The notes under the pieces are model-generated. The model saw only the letters and a program-made list of their open reading frames with translations. It was not told where the DNA came from and did not search any database. A stretch of 64,000 nucleotides of DNA from positions 73,532,001 to 73,596,000 of the forward strand of contig NC_043000.1 in NCBI RefSeq assembly GCF_006345805.1. The letters are read 5' to 3'. Positions 38,521-50,565 of the stretch are shown one piece after another. Both the position numbers and the translations under genes were made by a program. Origin of the DNA: Octopus sinensis. Its lineage: Eukaryota. Numbering within the stretch: position 1 is the first letter of the stretch; the number at the start of each line of letters is the position of its first letter.

Positions 38521-39535
38521 CATCATCATCATTGTTTAACGTCCTTTTTCCATGCTGACATGTGTTAGATGGTCTGAAAAGTCAGCGGCTGCACTAGGCT
38601 CCAATCTGATCTGGCAATATTTCTACAGGTGGATGCCCTTCCTAATGCCAACCACTCCAAGAGTGTAGTGGGTGCTTTTTATGTGCCACAGGCACAAGAG
38701 ACAGTCAGATGGGCCTGGCATTGATCACGTTCAGACAGTGCATTTTATGTGCACCCGGCACAGGAGCCAGTCAGAGTCTACTGGCATTGGCAACATTCGG
38801 ATGGAGCTAGTCAGGGGACACTGGCATCGACCACATTCAGATGATGCATTTTACATGTACTGGAATGGGAGCGTCAGGGGGCACTGGCCACAGCTACAAT
38901 TTTGGTCTTCAACAGGTCTTCTCAAGCATATCATATCACCCAATGCATCAGGGTTACTTTTAAATGGGCCGGACATGCAACACTAGCATCGGCCATGGCT
39001 GTGATCTCACTTTAGTTGCCAAGTCTTCTCAGTCACAGCATATCTCCAAAGGTCTTGGTCTCCTGTCATTGCCTCTGTGAGGTCCAATGTTTGAAGGTCA
39101 TGCTTCACCTCCTTATCCCATGTCTACCTTTTCTACCTTTTCCACAGGTTCCTTCCACAGCTAGGGAGTGGCCCTTCCTCACACAGCTGTCCTCATCATT
39201 ACATAACACATGACCATACCAGCACAATCATCTCTCTTGCACACCACATTTGATGCTCTTTAATTTTAACTTTTCTGTCAGGGCGCTTACACTCTGTCAT
39301 ATATGCACACTGAAATTACACATCCAGCTTCATTTCTTTCAAGCCTATGCATGTCCTCAGCAGTCATGGCCCATGTTTCACTGCCATGTAGTATGGCAGT
39401 TCGTACACATGCATCATGCAGTTTACCTTTCATCCTAAGCAAGAGGCCCTTAGTTGTCAGCAGAGTAGGAGCTATTCTTATTCTAGTCACTATACTCTCA
39501 GAGCAACCACCTCCACTACAGACTTTGCCACCAAG
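38521..39535 (-). mobile_element. RTE LINE 3' fragment with tail
   Basis: catcatcatc tail at 38521; RMKGKLHDACVRTAILHGSETW. Confidence 0.85.
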
Positions 39536-39609
39536 GTTCAGATATATACATACATATACACACAACCAACCATTCATGCATACATATATTTAAATATAAA
39601 TAAAATTCG

Positions 39610-40075
39610 ATGACTGACATCTGTGCTAGTGGAGTGTTAAGAGCACCATCTGAGTGTGATTGTTGCCAGAGCAGCAAACTATCTTCTGTGCTGGTGGCAC
39701 ATAAAAAGCACCATTCAAGTTTGATTGCTACCAGCATTGCCTTACTGGCACTTGTGCCAGTGGGACTTGAAAGAACATTTGAGCGAGGTCGTTTCCAGTT
39801 CCACCAGACCGTCTCCTGTGCAAGTGGCACGTAAAAAACACCTTTTGAGTGTGGCCATTGCCAGTACCACCTGACTGGCCCTCGTGCCGGTGGCATGTAA
39901 AAGCACCCACTACACTCTCGGAGTGGTTGGTGTTAGGAAGAGCTTCCAGCTGTAGAAACTCTGCCAGATCAGATTGGAGTCTGGGCAGCCATCTAGTTCG
40001 CCAGACCTCAATCAAATCATCCAACCCACGCTAGCATGGAAAGCGGATGTTAAACGATGATGATGATGATGATTT
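39610..40075 (+). mobile_element. RTE LINE 3' UTR fragment, opposite orientation
   Basis: Ends gcggatgttaaacgatgatgatgatg. Confidence 0.85.
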
Positions 40076-40629
40076 ATTACTAAACTATACTTACATACTC
40101 TTCACTAACACATATACATCACTACTACCTAACTGCACTCATTCTTGTGCACAGTGAAACGCATTAACCTATGCATTTAAACTTGTACATTCACATACAT
40201 TTACATACAAACACACACACTTCTAGTACATAAGGGACAATAAACCCAGGTAAACTAGAATAACAAATTTAAAATAAATAAACTGAATGTAATAAAAACT
40301 ATCATAAGATATATAATAATAAATACTAGCATTAAAGACCCGTTGTTGCTGGGTCATAGTGCTAGTGCATGTATATATGTGTATATATATGTGTACATAT
40401 TACATGTACATCTATATATATACATCTACACATAAAATTCAAAATACAAAGTTATATCTTGATATCGCTAGTGATAACAATACTCAAAATATATAACAGA
40501 CTGGAATTGTTAGCCAGTCTCTTGTAATTTCGATCAATCGTATCTTGTCCTCCCTCTTGTATAGAAGTGTGGCTACAATCCAGCCTACCTCTACTTCTGG
40601 GGGGGGGGGGGGCATTTTAAACTTTTATC

Positions 40630-40815
40630 CGGCACGTCCTACATCCCAGATATAAAGGTAAAAATAAAATATTTCCACTTTGCAAGTTCGAGTCGAGTAC
40701 TCCCTTGTACACTCCGTTGACTCGAACCTTGCTTCTATTGTGGCGAATTTACCGCCTCTGATTAGATATCTTTCATAGTCGCACCAAGACACTTTTCGAA
40801 GGTGCTTTTCTCCAT
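40630..40815 (-). mobile_element. Short fragment of an older Tx1-like ORF1
   Basis: YLIRGGKFATIEARFESTE resembles YINRGKRYGTVEVRFTTEE of ORF1 at 44395-44865. Confidence 0.55.
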
Positions 40816-43800
40816 ATTTTATTATTACCCACAAGGGGCGAACATAGATGGGACAACGAATGGGTTTTACAAAAAAGCGAATTTTAAAAATTTACACAAA
40901 ATTACAAAAATAGCAAGAAATCGAATGTTGGAACAGACCGGAAGACATTACGGGTGGAGTGGGTGCGGGTTTAGCTCGGACTCCACGAGCCCCGCCTCCC
41001 CACTGATACTTTTGGTTTCGTTTGGTTTACATTTATGTTGTATCATTCACTCGCAACTTTCGTGCTACATCTTTCCATCGTTCTTCATACACTCTCTTAG
41101 TCAGGCATATTCTCTCCAGCCCTATCTTCCTTTTCAGGTGAAAGATGAAATAATTCATCAAACCAGGGCCGGAGATGAACTTGCCTGACTCTCTTCCATA
41201 TCACCTCTTTCGCAATTGCTACTACAACGAGAAAACGAAACTTACCTTCATTCGCGAGGAAATCCGGTGGGTCAATTTTTGTAATCGACTCAGTCGACAG
41301 CTGTACTCTTCCTGTACTTGACAACAGCTGTTCGGCATAAACCCACACCTCAGACACGTCCGGACAATGAACAATAGCGTGCGGGACAGTTTCCCTATCC
41401 CGCCCGCATCTTCGACATATCGGACTGTCTTGGCCACCGTGCCTTGCGAGTTTATCCCGAACAGGTAGAGCTCCTCTGTAGCATTGCCATGCCAGAGACT
41501 TCTGGAAGTTGTCCAGTGTCTTCGGCTTGAACGTACTTCGGTACAGACTGGCCAGCTGATTATCGTCGAGACCTAGGGTTTCCCCCAAGGTATCTTCACA
41601 TTCCGCCTCTATCAACCCTCTATAGAAGAATGTGGTGGAAACCCCCACCGCAGGCGTTGCCCGAGCGACGGAATAGCAGGAGAGCCTTGCGACACTCCGT
41701 GTACCAAGTGCCAAGTTTCGATCTACAATTCAGCTAGGTTTCCCATCCACCGAAACTAGTGAACTTGGGAAACATCAGTTTTGCTAGCGAAGACCACACC
41801 CGTTCACCATCCAGGTAGAGCCACAGATGTCAACCTCAGCGCATGTTTGCGCATCATCAGCCAAGGCATCCCTAGCCCACCCTTTAACGGTTCTTGACAG
41901 CAAGTAGAGCGTTTCACAAGTCGTTTCCCGCCCTTCCACAAGAAGTAGAAGAGCTGTCTTTCCAACTTGATCAACCACGAATCAGGACAAGGAACGACGG
42001 AAAGGCGGTAGGTGATAACCGATGCGATAAACACATTGGCCACCTCCGCCCTCCCTTTCAGGGATAGCCACCGCCAAGACCAGGTCTTGGTTACTGCAGC
42101 CACCCTGCTCGATACCTCGTCCCAATTCTTCTCTATGTGGAGGTCTGGACCGAACCAGACCCCTAGCAATTTAATCGGACCCTCCGTCCAACGTCCCACA
42201 ACGCTGTCGGGAGGCATCGACTTGCCTCTCCAGGTGCCGAGTTGCAAGCCGACTGACTTTTTGCGATTAACTTTTGCTCCTGTCACCGTCTCGTAAACCT
42301 CTGTGGCCTTGCCTACTTTATGTAGGTGGTCCATTTCGGTTACGATGATGGTGATGTCATCCGCGTACGCTGACACTGATTTTCCACTACCTGGCTGTCT
42401 CGGGATGCCGCTCAGTTTACGCAGTAATGGCTCAAGAGCCATCGCATTCAAAAGCAGGGAGAGCGGACACCCTTGACGAACCGAGCGCTTGATTTTGAAC
42501 GGCTTCGACAAGAAGCCGTTCACCCGAACTACCGAGTCGATGTTATCATAAATTTGCATAATCCACCTGAGGAAGCCAAGGCTCAGCCCGAACTGTGCCA
42601 GGGCAGATACCAGGTAACGATTGTCGACCCTATCAAATGCTTTAGATTGGTCTAAATGGACCAGTGCCCCACCCTTGCCAGAATCGTTATTAAACCCCTC
42701 TATAGTGTACCGCATAAGATGGAGATTATCCTGAATGGTTCTGCCCGGAACGGCACATGTCTGTGCCTTTCCGATCAGACCATCTGCGACACGCGCCAAT
42801 CTTTTCGATAACACTTTGGCCAAAATCTTCAACTCTGTGTTTAGCAGAGTGATGGGCCTGAAATTATCTCGCCCCGATAAGCGCGGCAGCCCGTCGAGTA
42901 GGTCCGTAAAGGCCCTCCTCCTATCCAGTCCGCCGCACTCACCGAAAAGCTGAGCGAAGTGCTCCTGAAAGGCCTCACGCATCTCCTCGTTGGTTCGTCA
43001 AAGATCGAATCGTGGCATCGTTACCATGCTGAGCTTCCAGCACTCGGGCCCATCTCACGGCGTTGATTCCTTCATAACCCATATGGCGGATCCTAGCCCT
43101 GACAATGCGGCCCATGTGTTTGGCCTCGAGGTGCTGGTTTAACACCAGTCTCTTGGACGCCACCTGAGCAGCAGAGCCAGTTTTCAAGGCTTCCTCTTCC
43201 AGCTATATCTAATTGACTCGAACTTGATGGCTCGTTTGAGGGCGTACCACCATTTGTTATTAATGATGGTACCAGATAGTGCCCTCTGAATTATAGTCCT
43301 AATCCGGTCTTTGTACTCCTTAATCGCCAAAAGGGACGTATTAAGTTTCCAGTAACCGGATCCTCTATTTTTAACCTTATCTATGTCAAGCTTACAGGTG
43401 ACCATTTTATGATCACTGTAGCTGATCGGGTAAAACTGTGGACGCTTAGCTATTTTTCGCTCTACTTTTCTAATTAGTATTCTATCTAAATATGACCTGG
43501 AAGATCCGTCGCTGTTTGACCATGTCCACAATTGAGCGTTCGGAAATTCCAGCCTATAAGGATCTGCTAGCTCAAAGCGGCTTAGCAGTTCTATGAAGCC
43601 ACTCTTACCTTTTCTATCTGAACGCGAGCCAACACAATCTACATCCGCTTTGCAAATTGTGTTAAAGTCTCCTAGCACAACTAATGAATGCGAAGTACCA
43701 AGAAAGTTTTCTAGTTCACGAAAATAATCACTTTGCCCTGTACTGTTGGGTGCGTAAATTGCAACCAGTCTGATAACTTTACCGTTACTGAACGTCAAAT

Positions 43801-45303
43801 CCATGACGACCAGCCTACCTTCTGAATCTGCAAAAATTAACTTTTTCTCAGAAACCCGGTTTCTTTTCATTAGGACCAACACCCCACTTCTGCCAGTAGG
43901 ACTGCCAGGAGAGAAAAAACTCTCGTAGCCGTCAAACAGCGGGAGTAGACCTCTTGGCCCCTCTAACCGGGTTTCTGTAGCAACAATAACATCTAAATTA
44001 TGCGACCTGATATCATGCAGGAAGCGACCTTGCTTCTAGCCTGCTCCCAGGCCGCGCACATTCAAACAACCAACATAAATGCAATCCATTACTTACCTTT
44101 ATATCAGTGGTTCTCTTTTTCTTTTTTGTTTAACTCTTTTTCAGGGCCTCGTGGGGGAGTCTGACGTAGGCCCTCGAATATATGTGGAGATGTCACATCC
44201 ATTCTTAGTGGGCCTACGTCATGGAAGAATTCGGACTTTATCCGCCCGTAATCCTTCCGGCCTATTCTGTAAACTACATAGTCGTTCTTTTTCCCTATTT
44301 TCTCTACTTTGGCCATAGCTGCCAATACGTTCCCGAGTCTGTTGTTTGATGCCTTAACGGCCATATATGAGTTCATCGACTCTCTTTTCTTCTTTTAGTT
44401 CACTCTGGGAGGAGTGGTTTCCGTTTTTCTTTTTTTTCTGATGATTTTTGCCCACCCCTCCTCATTTTTCTTTTCCTCGCTCTTATTTTCCTCCGCCGCT
44501 GGTTCTGTTGTCTCCGTCACCTCCACACCTTCAGTCGTCCCTTCTGCCACCAGACATTCGGCATCTGCCTCTGGGGGAATTCTCGATGTTCTTTTCCATC
44601 TATACAAGGGGAGGAGAACAATGTTCTCCGCTTTAATCGGCTCCATAGATAGTTTTTTTGCTATCTCCTCTGTAGTAAAACGCACCTCCACTGTGCCGTA
44701 TCTCTTTCCTCTGTTAATGTAAGTTATCTTGTCCATTAATGGTTTTAGATAATTCTCTATTTTTTTTTCTTCAATTTTTTGTATCATTTTTGTCGTCGTG
44801 TTAAATGTCTTATAGATTATTCTTTTTTTTTCTATTTCATCGTGTTTTTGGACGTTTGTGACCACTCACTTCCGTGCCCTCTTTTGTGACACAGTCCGCA
44901 TATTTTTTCAAGTCTTCCACGTTTATTTTTTTGATCTTTTTACCGGCCACTTCAGAGAATTTTTTCGCTGGAGCTGGTGCTGGTGCGACATCGCCTCTTT
45001 TTTCCTTGGCGACACCGCCTCTTTTTTCCTTGGCGACATCGCCGGAGACTCCTCTTCACTCGTCACCGGAGAATAAGAGATGGGGGACTCCATCTCGAAC
45101 AGTTGGCTTAACAAGCCCTTGGTAATTCAAGATAAAGGATATTTTTCCCCCACGGAGGGGGGAACACCAACGCGAAGTCCTCGCGCGAAGGCTGACTTCA
45201 ACAGTTAGACAGCAATAGACAAAAACAGGTAGACAAACAGTAGAGAATAACAGAGATAATAATACGACGGCAAAAATATATTAACTTACAATAAACGCAA
45301 ATA
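40816..45303 (-). mobile_element. Tx1/L1-clade LINE, full-length layout (5'UTR-ORF1-ORF2-3'UTR) with stops and internal deletions
   Basis: ORF2 starts MDCIYVGCLNVRGL; APE (ATETRL, AIYAPN, LGDFN, YLDRI, SDHK); RT (FRPITLLN, LDQSKAFDRV, QGCPLS, AYADD); CRRC..H..HC. Bracketed by gcttttctccat at 40804-40815 and 45304-45315. Confidence 0.9.
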
Positions 45304-45315
45304 GCTTTTCTCCAT

Positions 45316-47166
45316 GTAATTTCTTTATTACCCACCAGGGGCTACGAAGAATGGCGGACATAACAAAACATGGGAGACATATAACAATATGATTAAATTT
45401 ATGAGCAAATGAATATTAAAATGAAAAAATGATAATATGAAAGCGATGCTAACGGCCCCCTCCGCCAGCATCACTTACCTGTCCTTTTGTTTTCACTGTC
45501 ACCTGAATGTTCATTCCCAATACGAAGACCATCCATATCCATTCTTACTCCGAAACCCTCCTCCATACTTTCCACGAATTGTTCGCTCATTCTTGTATCT
45601 TTCACCTCCCAATTCTCCCTTCCACACCTCAACACAAACTCATCTATATTCTTCTTTTCCAGCACTGCATATCTGGTCCCATCCATTTCATACCATTCAT
45701 ACTCCTCCATTACCCTTTTAACTTCTTTCTGTTCAGTCACAATATAAAGGATATTTTTCCCCCACGGAGGGGGGAACACCAACGCGAAGTCCTCGCGCGA
45801 AGGCTGACTTCAACAGTTAGACAGCAATAGACAAAAACAGGTAGACAAACAGTAGAGAATAATACGACGGCAAAAATATATTAACTTTGGGTTCGTTTTC
45901 AAACTCTTGTCTGTCTGTATTATTATTTTTCTTTTGTTTTTTTGTTGGGTGGGTTCACCGTCTGCAGGGGAAGGGTGGGATTCAGAGGGTGCGGGTGGTG
46001 TTGGGGTGGGTTGGGGCTTCGCACAGTTTTTCTTTTTCTTTCTTTTTCTCTTTCTTTCTTTTTCTCTTTCTTTCTTTTTCTCTTTTTTCTTCCTTCTTCC
46101 CACTCTTGTTGCATCTCTTCTTCTGTCGTTTCTTTTTCCGTTTGGTTCTCTTTGGTTTCTTCCTCTTTTGGGGCTTTCGCGACGATTTCCTTTTCTTTTT
46201 CCTTTGGTGGGGGAGGGCAGTAGGCTCTTATGTGACCCCTCTGGCCACACTTGTAGCACCTGGGCGCCCTACCCTCCACCCACACTCTCATAATAATATT
46301 CCCAGTTTTTATACTGTCCGTAAGCTTTTCTATAACTTCCGCCTCCGTCTGTATATTCATTTCTAGTGTGGCACCTCTCACGCCTTCATATTTCATAATG
46401 GCGTGGAGAATGTCCACTTTATCTTCATTTCCTTTGATAACCGCAGCCGTTATTAATTCGCCCTCTAGGTGTGGAGGTATTCCCACCACCCTAATTCTGG
46501 TGGTCCTTCTATTCAAATACGAGGGGAACAAGTAAATCTTTTCTGTACTCACCACCTTGGCTGCTATATTCCTGGCTGGCTGCTTTCTCACTTTTAAATT
46601 GTACCGTTATGGTTCCATATTCTAATCCTTTTGTCATGTACACAATTTCTTCTCCTGTCTGTTTGAGAGCCTCTTCAATTGCTTCCATGTTAATCACTTC
46701 CATTTTTCCACCTCCATTCATAAATACTTTATATTTAATGGTTCTACGATGGAACCAGTCTCCGCGCCCTGCTGGAGGCAACAGCTCTACCTCTCCGTTC
46801 TCCTCCTCCTTCGTGAACTCCTGGAAGTCCGTCAACTTAGCCAGGTCTACCTCTTTTTCTGTTGACTTCTTCGTTATACCTGCGTAGGTGCTTTCCATTT
46901 TTTCCACCGCCAACTCCTCCTCAGATGTCGACGAATTTTCAGAGAAATTTCTCCCTTCCATCTCATCCGTTTGGTAGAGGCGGCTCATAGTCGCCTCAGA
47001 CCGAAAAACTGCCTCCCGAACAGACAACGTGCAACGCACAGAACCAGTGCGACACGAAACCGCACCAACCGACGTTCCAATTCCGCAACAACCCCAATTC
47101 ACTTTTTGTTCTTTTTTCCTTTCTAACCGAATTTCACAGAGCGCAAAAAACACCGCCGTTCAATCT
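45316..47166 (-). mobile_element. ORF1-only Tx1-derived unit U1 (with a 140-nt insertion)
   Basis: ORF1 with RRM-like and CYKCGQRGHIRAYC motifs ending RTGK*; no ORF2; 3' end gtgggtaataaag. Confidence 0.85.
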
Positions 47167-48878
47167 GATTTCTTTATTACCCACGAGGGGCTACACAGAG
47201 GGGACACTACAAACATTGGGGACATAGAACATCACAATTACAAAGAATGAAAAATGAATTTTGAAAAATGATATTATGAAAGTAATGCTAACATCTCATT
47301 CCGCTAGCATCACTTACCTGTCCTTCGTACCCTATCATCTATTGTTCTCCCCAATTTCAATACACATATTCTCCAAGTCCATAGCATATAATTTTTAAAA
47401 ATAATTCTTCGTCTTATCCCCAACTACCCACTCCTCCACTTTCACATTTCTATTTTCGCACCACACTAACAGTCCATCCATTTCTTCCCTCTTCACCATT
47501 GCATATTTCCAGACCCCCTTTTCATACCCTAGATAACCCTCTAACATGTCTTTTATGTCCTCTCTTTCTTTTTTTTAACCTACACAGAACAAAGCGCCCG
47601 GATTCGGTTTCAGTCTCTTGTCTGTGTGTATTACTTTTTTGTTTTCTTGTTGGAGGGGAGCGGGTGAGTTCACTGTCTGCAGGGATAGGGTGGGACTCAG
47701 AGGATGTGGGTGGTGTTGGATTGGATTGGTGTAGCGTGTTGTTTACTTTTCTCCTCTTTTTTTCCTTCCTTCTTCCCACTCTTGCTGGATTTCCCCTTCT
47801 TCCGTCGTTTCCTTCTCTGTCTGGATCTCTTCTTTATTCTCTTCCTCCCTTGGGGGTTCCGCAACAATTTCCTTTTCTCTTGGTGGGGGAGGGCAGAAGG
47901 CTCTTATGTGACCCCTCAAGCCACACTTATAGCACCTGGGCGCCCTGCCCTCCACCCACACTCTCATAATCACGTCTCCCAATCTGATGTTTTCTGTTAG
48001 GTCCACCAGTACCTCGTTCTCTGCCTGCACATTCAGTTCCACTGTCACGCCTCTCCAGCCCTCGGTCTTAACCGAGGCATGGAGGATGTCCACTTCCGCC
48101 TCGTGGCCGCTAATCACAGCCGCCACTATCCACTCAGCCTCAACGTTTGGGGGCACTCCCTCGACCCTTACTCTAGTAATTTTTCTATTTAGATACGTAG
48201 GCAAAAGTATTACCTTCTCGGATTTCACCGCCTTCGCCGCCATCTTCCTTGCTGCCTTCTCACTTTTGAACTGTACTACTACAGTACCATATTTTGAACC
48301 TCTCGAAAGAAATTCGATTTCCTCTTCCGTTCTTCTTAGCGCCTCATTTATCCATTCCATATTCACCACTTCTATCTTTTTCTTTTCGCTTGCGAACACC
48401 CTGTATATGATGGTCCTTTTCTCGTACCATTCCTTTCTCTTGGTGGTGGTGTGCCAGTTCGACCTCACCGCTGTCCTTCCTCATATACCTCTGAAACCTG
48501 GCAATTTTTCTAGGTTTATTTCCTTTTCCTGTGCCGTCTTCTTTTTTGCAACTCCTGCGTACGTTTTCCTGTTTTTTATCTCCACATTATTTACATCACC
48601 GATTTGCTCGTCTTCAGAGGTCGATGTCTCCGACAAGTTCTCAAATATCCATTCCTCCTCCGACTCCTCCACTAGGGAGTGGTCGTCCATTTCCCTCTGT
48701 CTGACAGGCCGAAAAGGCCGCCCGAACAGAAAAAGTGCAACGCGCAGAACCAGCGAAACGCGAAACCGCATCAACGACGTTCAAAATTCCGCAATAAAAA
48801 TAATTCAGTTTTTGTTCTCTTTTCCTTTTTACCGAACTTTACAGAGCGCAAAAAAACACGACCGTGATGTGAAAATCT
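47167..48878 (-). mobile_element. ORF1-only unit U2 (divergent subfamily)
   Basis: ORF 47743-48468 is clearly homologous but diverged (SRGSKYGTVVVQFKSEKAAR, CYKCGLRGHIRAFC); same termini. Confidence 0.85.
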
Positions 48879-48879
48879 T

Positions 48880-50548
48880 GATTCTTTATTACCCACAAGG
48901 GGCCAACGAAGAGGGGGACATTACAAGACATGGGGACATAGAACATTATAATTAAATTTATGAAGGATGAATTGTTACATGAAAAAATGATAATATGAAA
49001 GCGATGCTAAAGGCCCCATCGGTTAGCATCACTTACCTGTCCTTTGGTTTTCGCCGTCACTCCAATTTCCAATAATAAAACCGATATTCTCCATTCTCAC
49101 TTCAAAACGATTCTCCATATTTTTCACGGATTCATCACTCAGACTCATCTCTTCCACCTCCCAATTCTCCCTTTCGCACCTTCTCATAAACTCATCTATT
49201 CGCTCCTTTTCAATCACTGCACACCTGGTCACACCTGAATCGCACCATGTATACCCTTCCATTACCCTTTTAACCTCTTCCTGTTCTGTCATAATACAAA
49301 TGTTCGGCCTGGGTTCGCTTTCAGTCTCTTGTCTGTCTGTGTTAATTTTTTTTTGTTTTCTTGTTGGAGGGGAGCGGGTGGGTTCACTGTCTGCAGGGGA
49401 AGGATGGGATTCAGAGGGTGCGGGTGGTGTTGGGGGGTTGGGGCTTCGCACAGTTTTTCTTTTTCTTTCTTTTTCTCTTTTTTCTGCCTTCTTCCCACTC
49501 TTGTTGCATCTCCTCTTCTGTCGTTTCCTTTTCTGTTTGTTCTCTTTAGTTTCTTCCTCTTTTGGGGCTTCCGCAACGATTTCCTTTTCTTTTTTTTGGT
49601 GGGGGAGGGCAGTAGGCTCTTATGTGACCCCTCTGGCCACACTTGTAGCACCTGGGCGCCCTACCCTCCACCCACACTCTCATAATAACATTTCCAGTTA
49701 TACTGTCCGTAAGCTTTTCTATAACTTCCGCCTCCGTCTGTATGTTCATTACTAGTGTGGCACCTCTCACGCCTTCATATTTCATAATGGCGTGGAGGAT
49801 GTCCACTTTATCTTCATTTCCTTTGATAACCGCAGCCGTTATTAATTCGCCCTCTAGGTGTGGAGGTATTCCCACCACCCTAATTCTGGTGGTCCTTCTA
49901 TTCAAATACGAGGGGAACAAGTAAATCTTTTCTGTACTCACCACCTTGGCTGCTATATTCCTGGCTGCTTTCTCACTTTTAAATTGTACCGTTATGGTTC
50001 CATATTCTAATCCTTTTGTCATGTACACAATTTCTTCTGTCTGTTTGAAAGCCTCTTCAATTGCTTCCATGTTAATCACTTCCATTTTTCTACCTCCATT
50101 CATAAATACTTTATATTTAATGGTTCTACGAAGGAACCAGTCTCCGCGCCCTGCTGGAGGCAACAGCTCTACCTCTCCGTTCTCCTCCTCCTTCATGAAC
50201 TCCTGGAAGCCCGTCAACTTAGCCAGGTCTATCTCTTTTTCTGTTGACTCCTTCGTTATACCTGCGTAGGTGCTTTCCATTTTTTTCACCGCCAACTCCT
50301 CCTCAGATGTCGACGAATTTTCAGAGAAATTTCTCCCTTCCATCTCATCAGTTTGGCAGCGGCGGCTCATAGTCGCCTCAAACAGAAAAACAGCCTCCCG
50401 AACAGAAAACGTGCGACGCACAGAACCAGTGCGACGCGAAACCGCACCAACCGACGTTCCAATTCCGCAACAACCACAATTCACTTTTTGTTCTTTTTTC
50501 CTTTTCAACCGAATTTTACAGAGCGCAAAAAACACCGCCGTTCAATCT
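48880..50548 (-). mobile_element. ORF1-only unit U3 (chimeric 3' third)
   Basis: ORFs 49546-50535 and 49029-49451 are joined by one frameshift. Confidence 0.85.
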
Positions 50549-50565
50549 CCTCTTTTCTCTACATT

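Noticed and set aside
40325-40368. Hairpin ctagca..gaccc..gggtc..tgctag
   Set aside because: Simple interrupted stem-loop with no recognisable catalytic core or family.
45465-45485. U1 snRNA 5' end (ACTTACCTG)
   Set aside because: Only 9 nt match and the rest of U1 is absent. It is the reverse complement of a splice-donor-like motif at the ORF1 stop.
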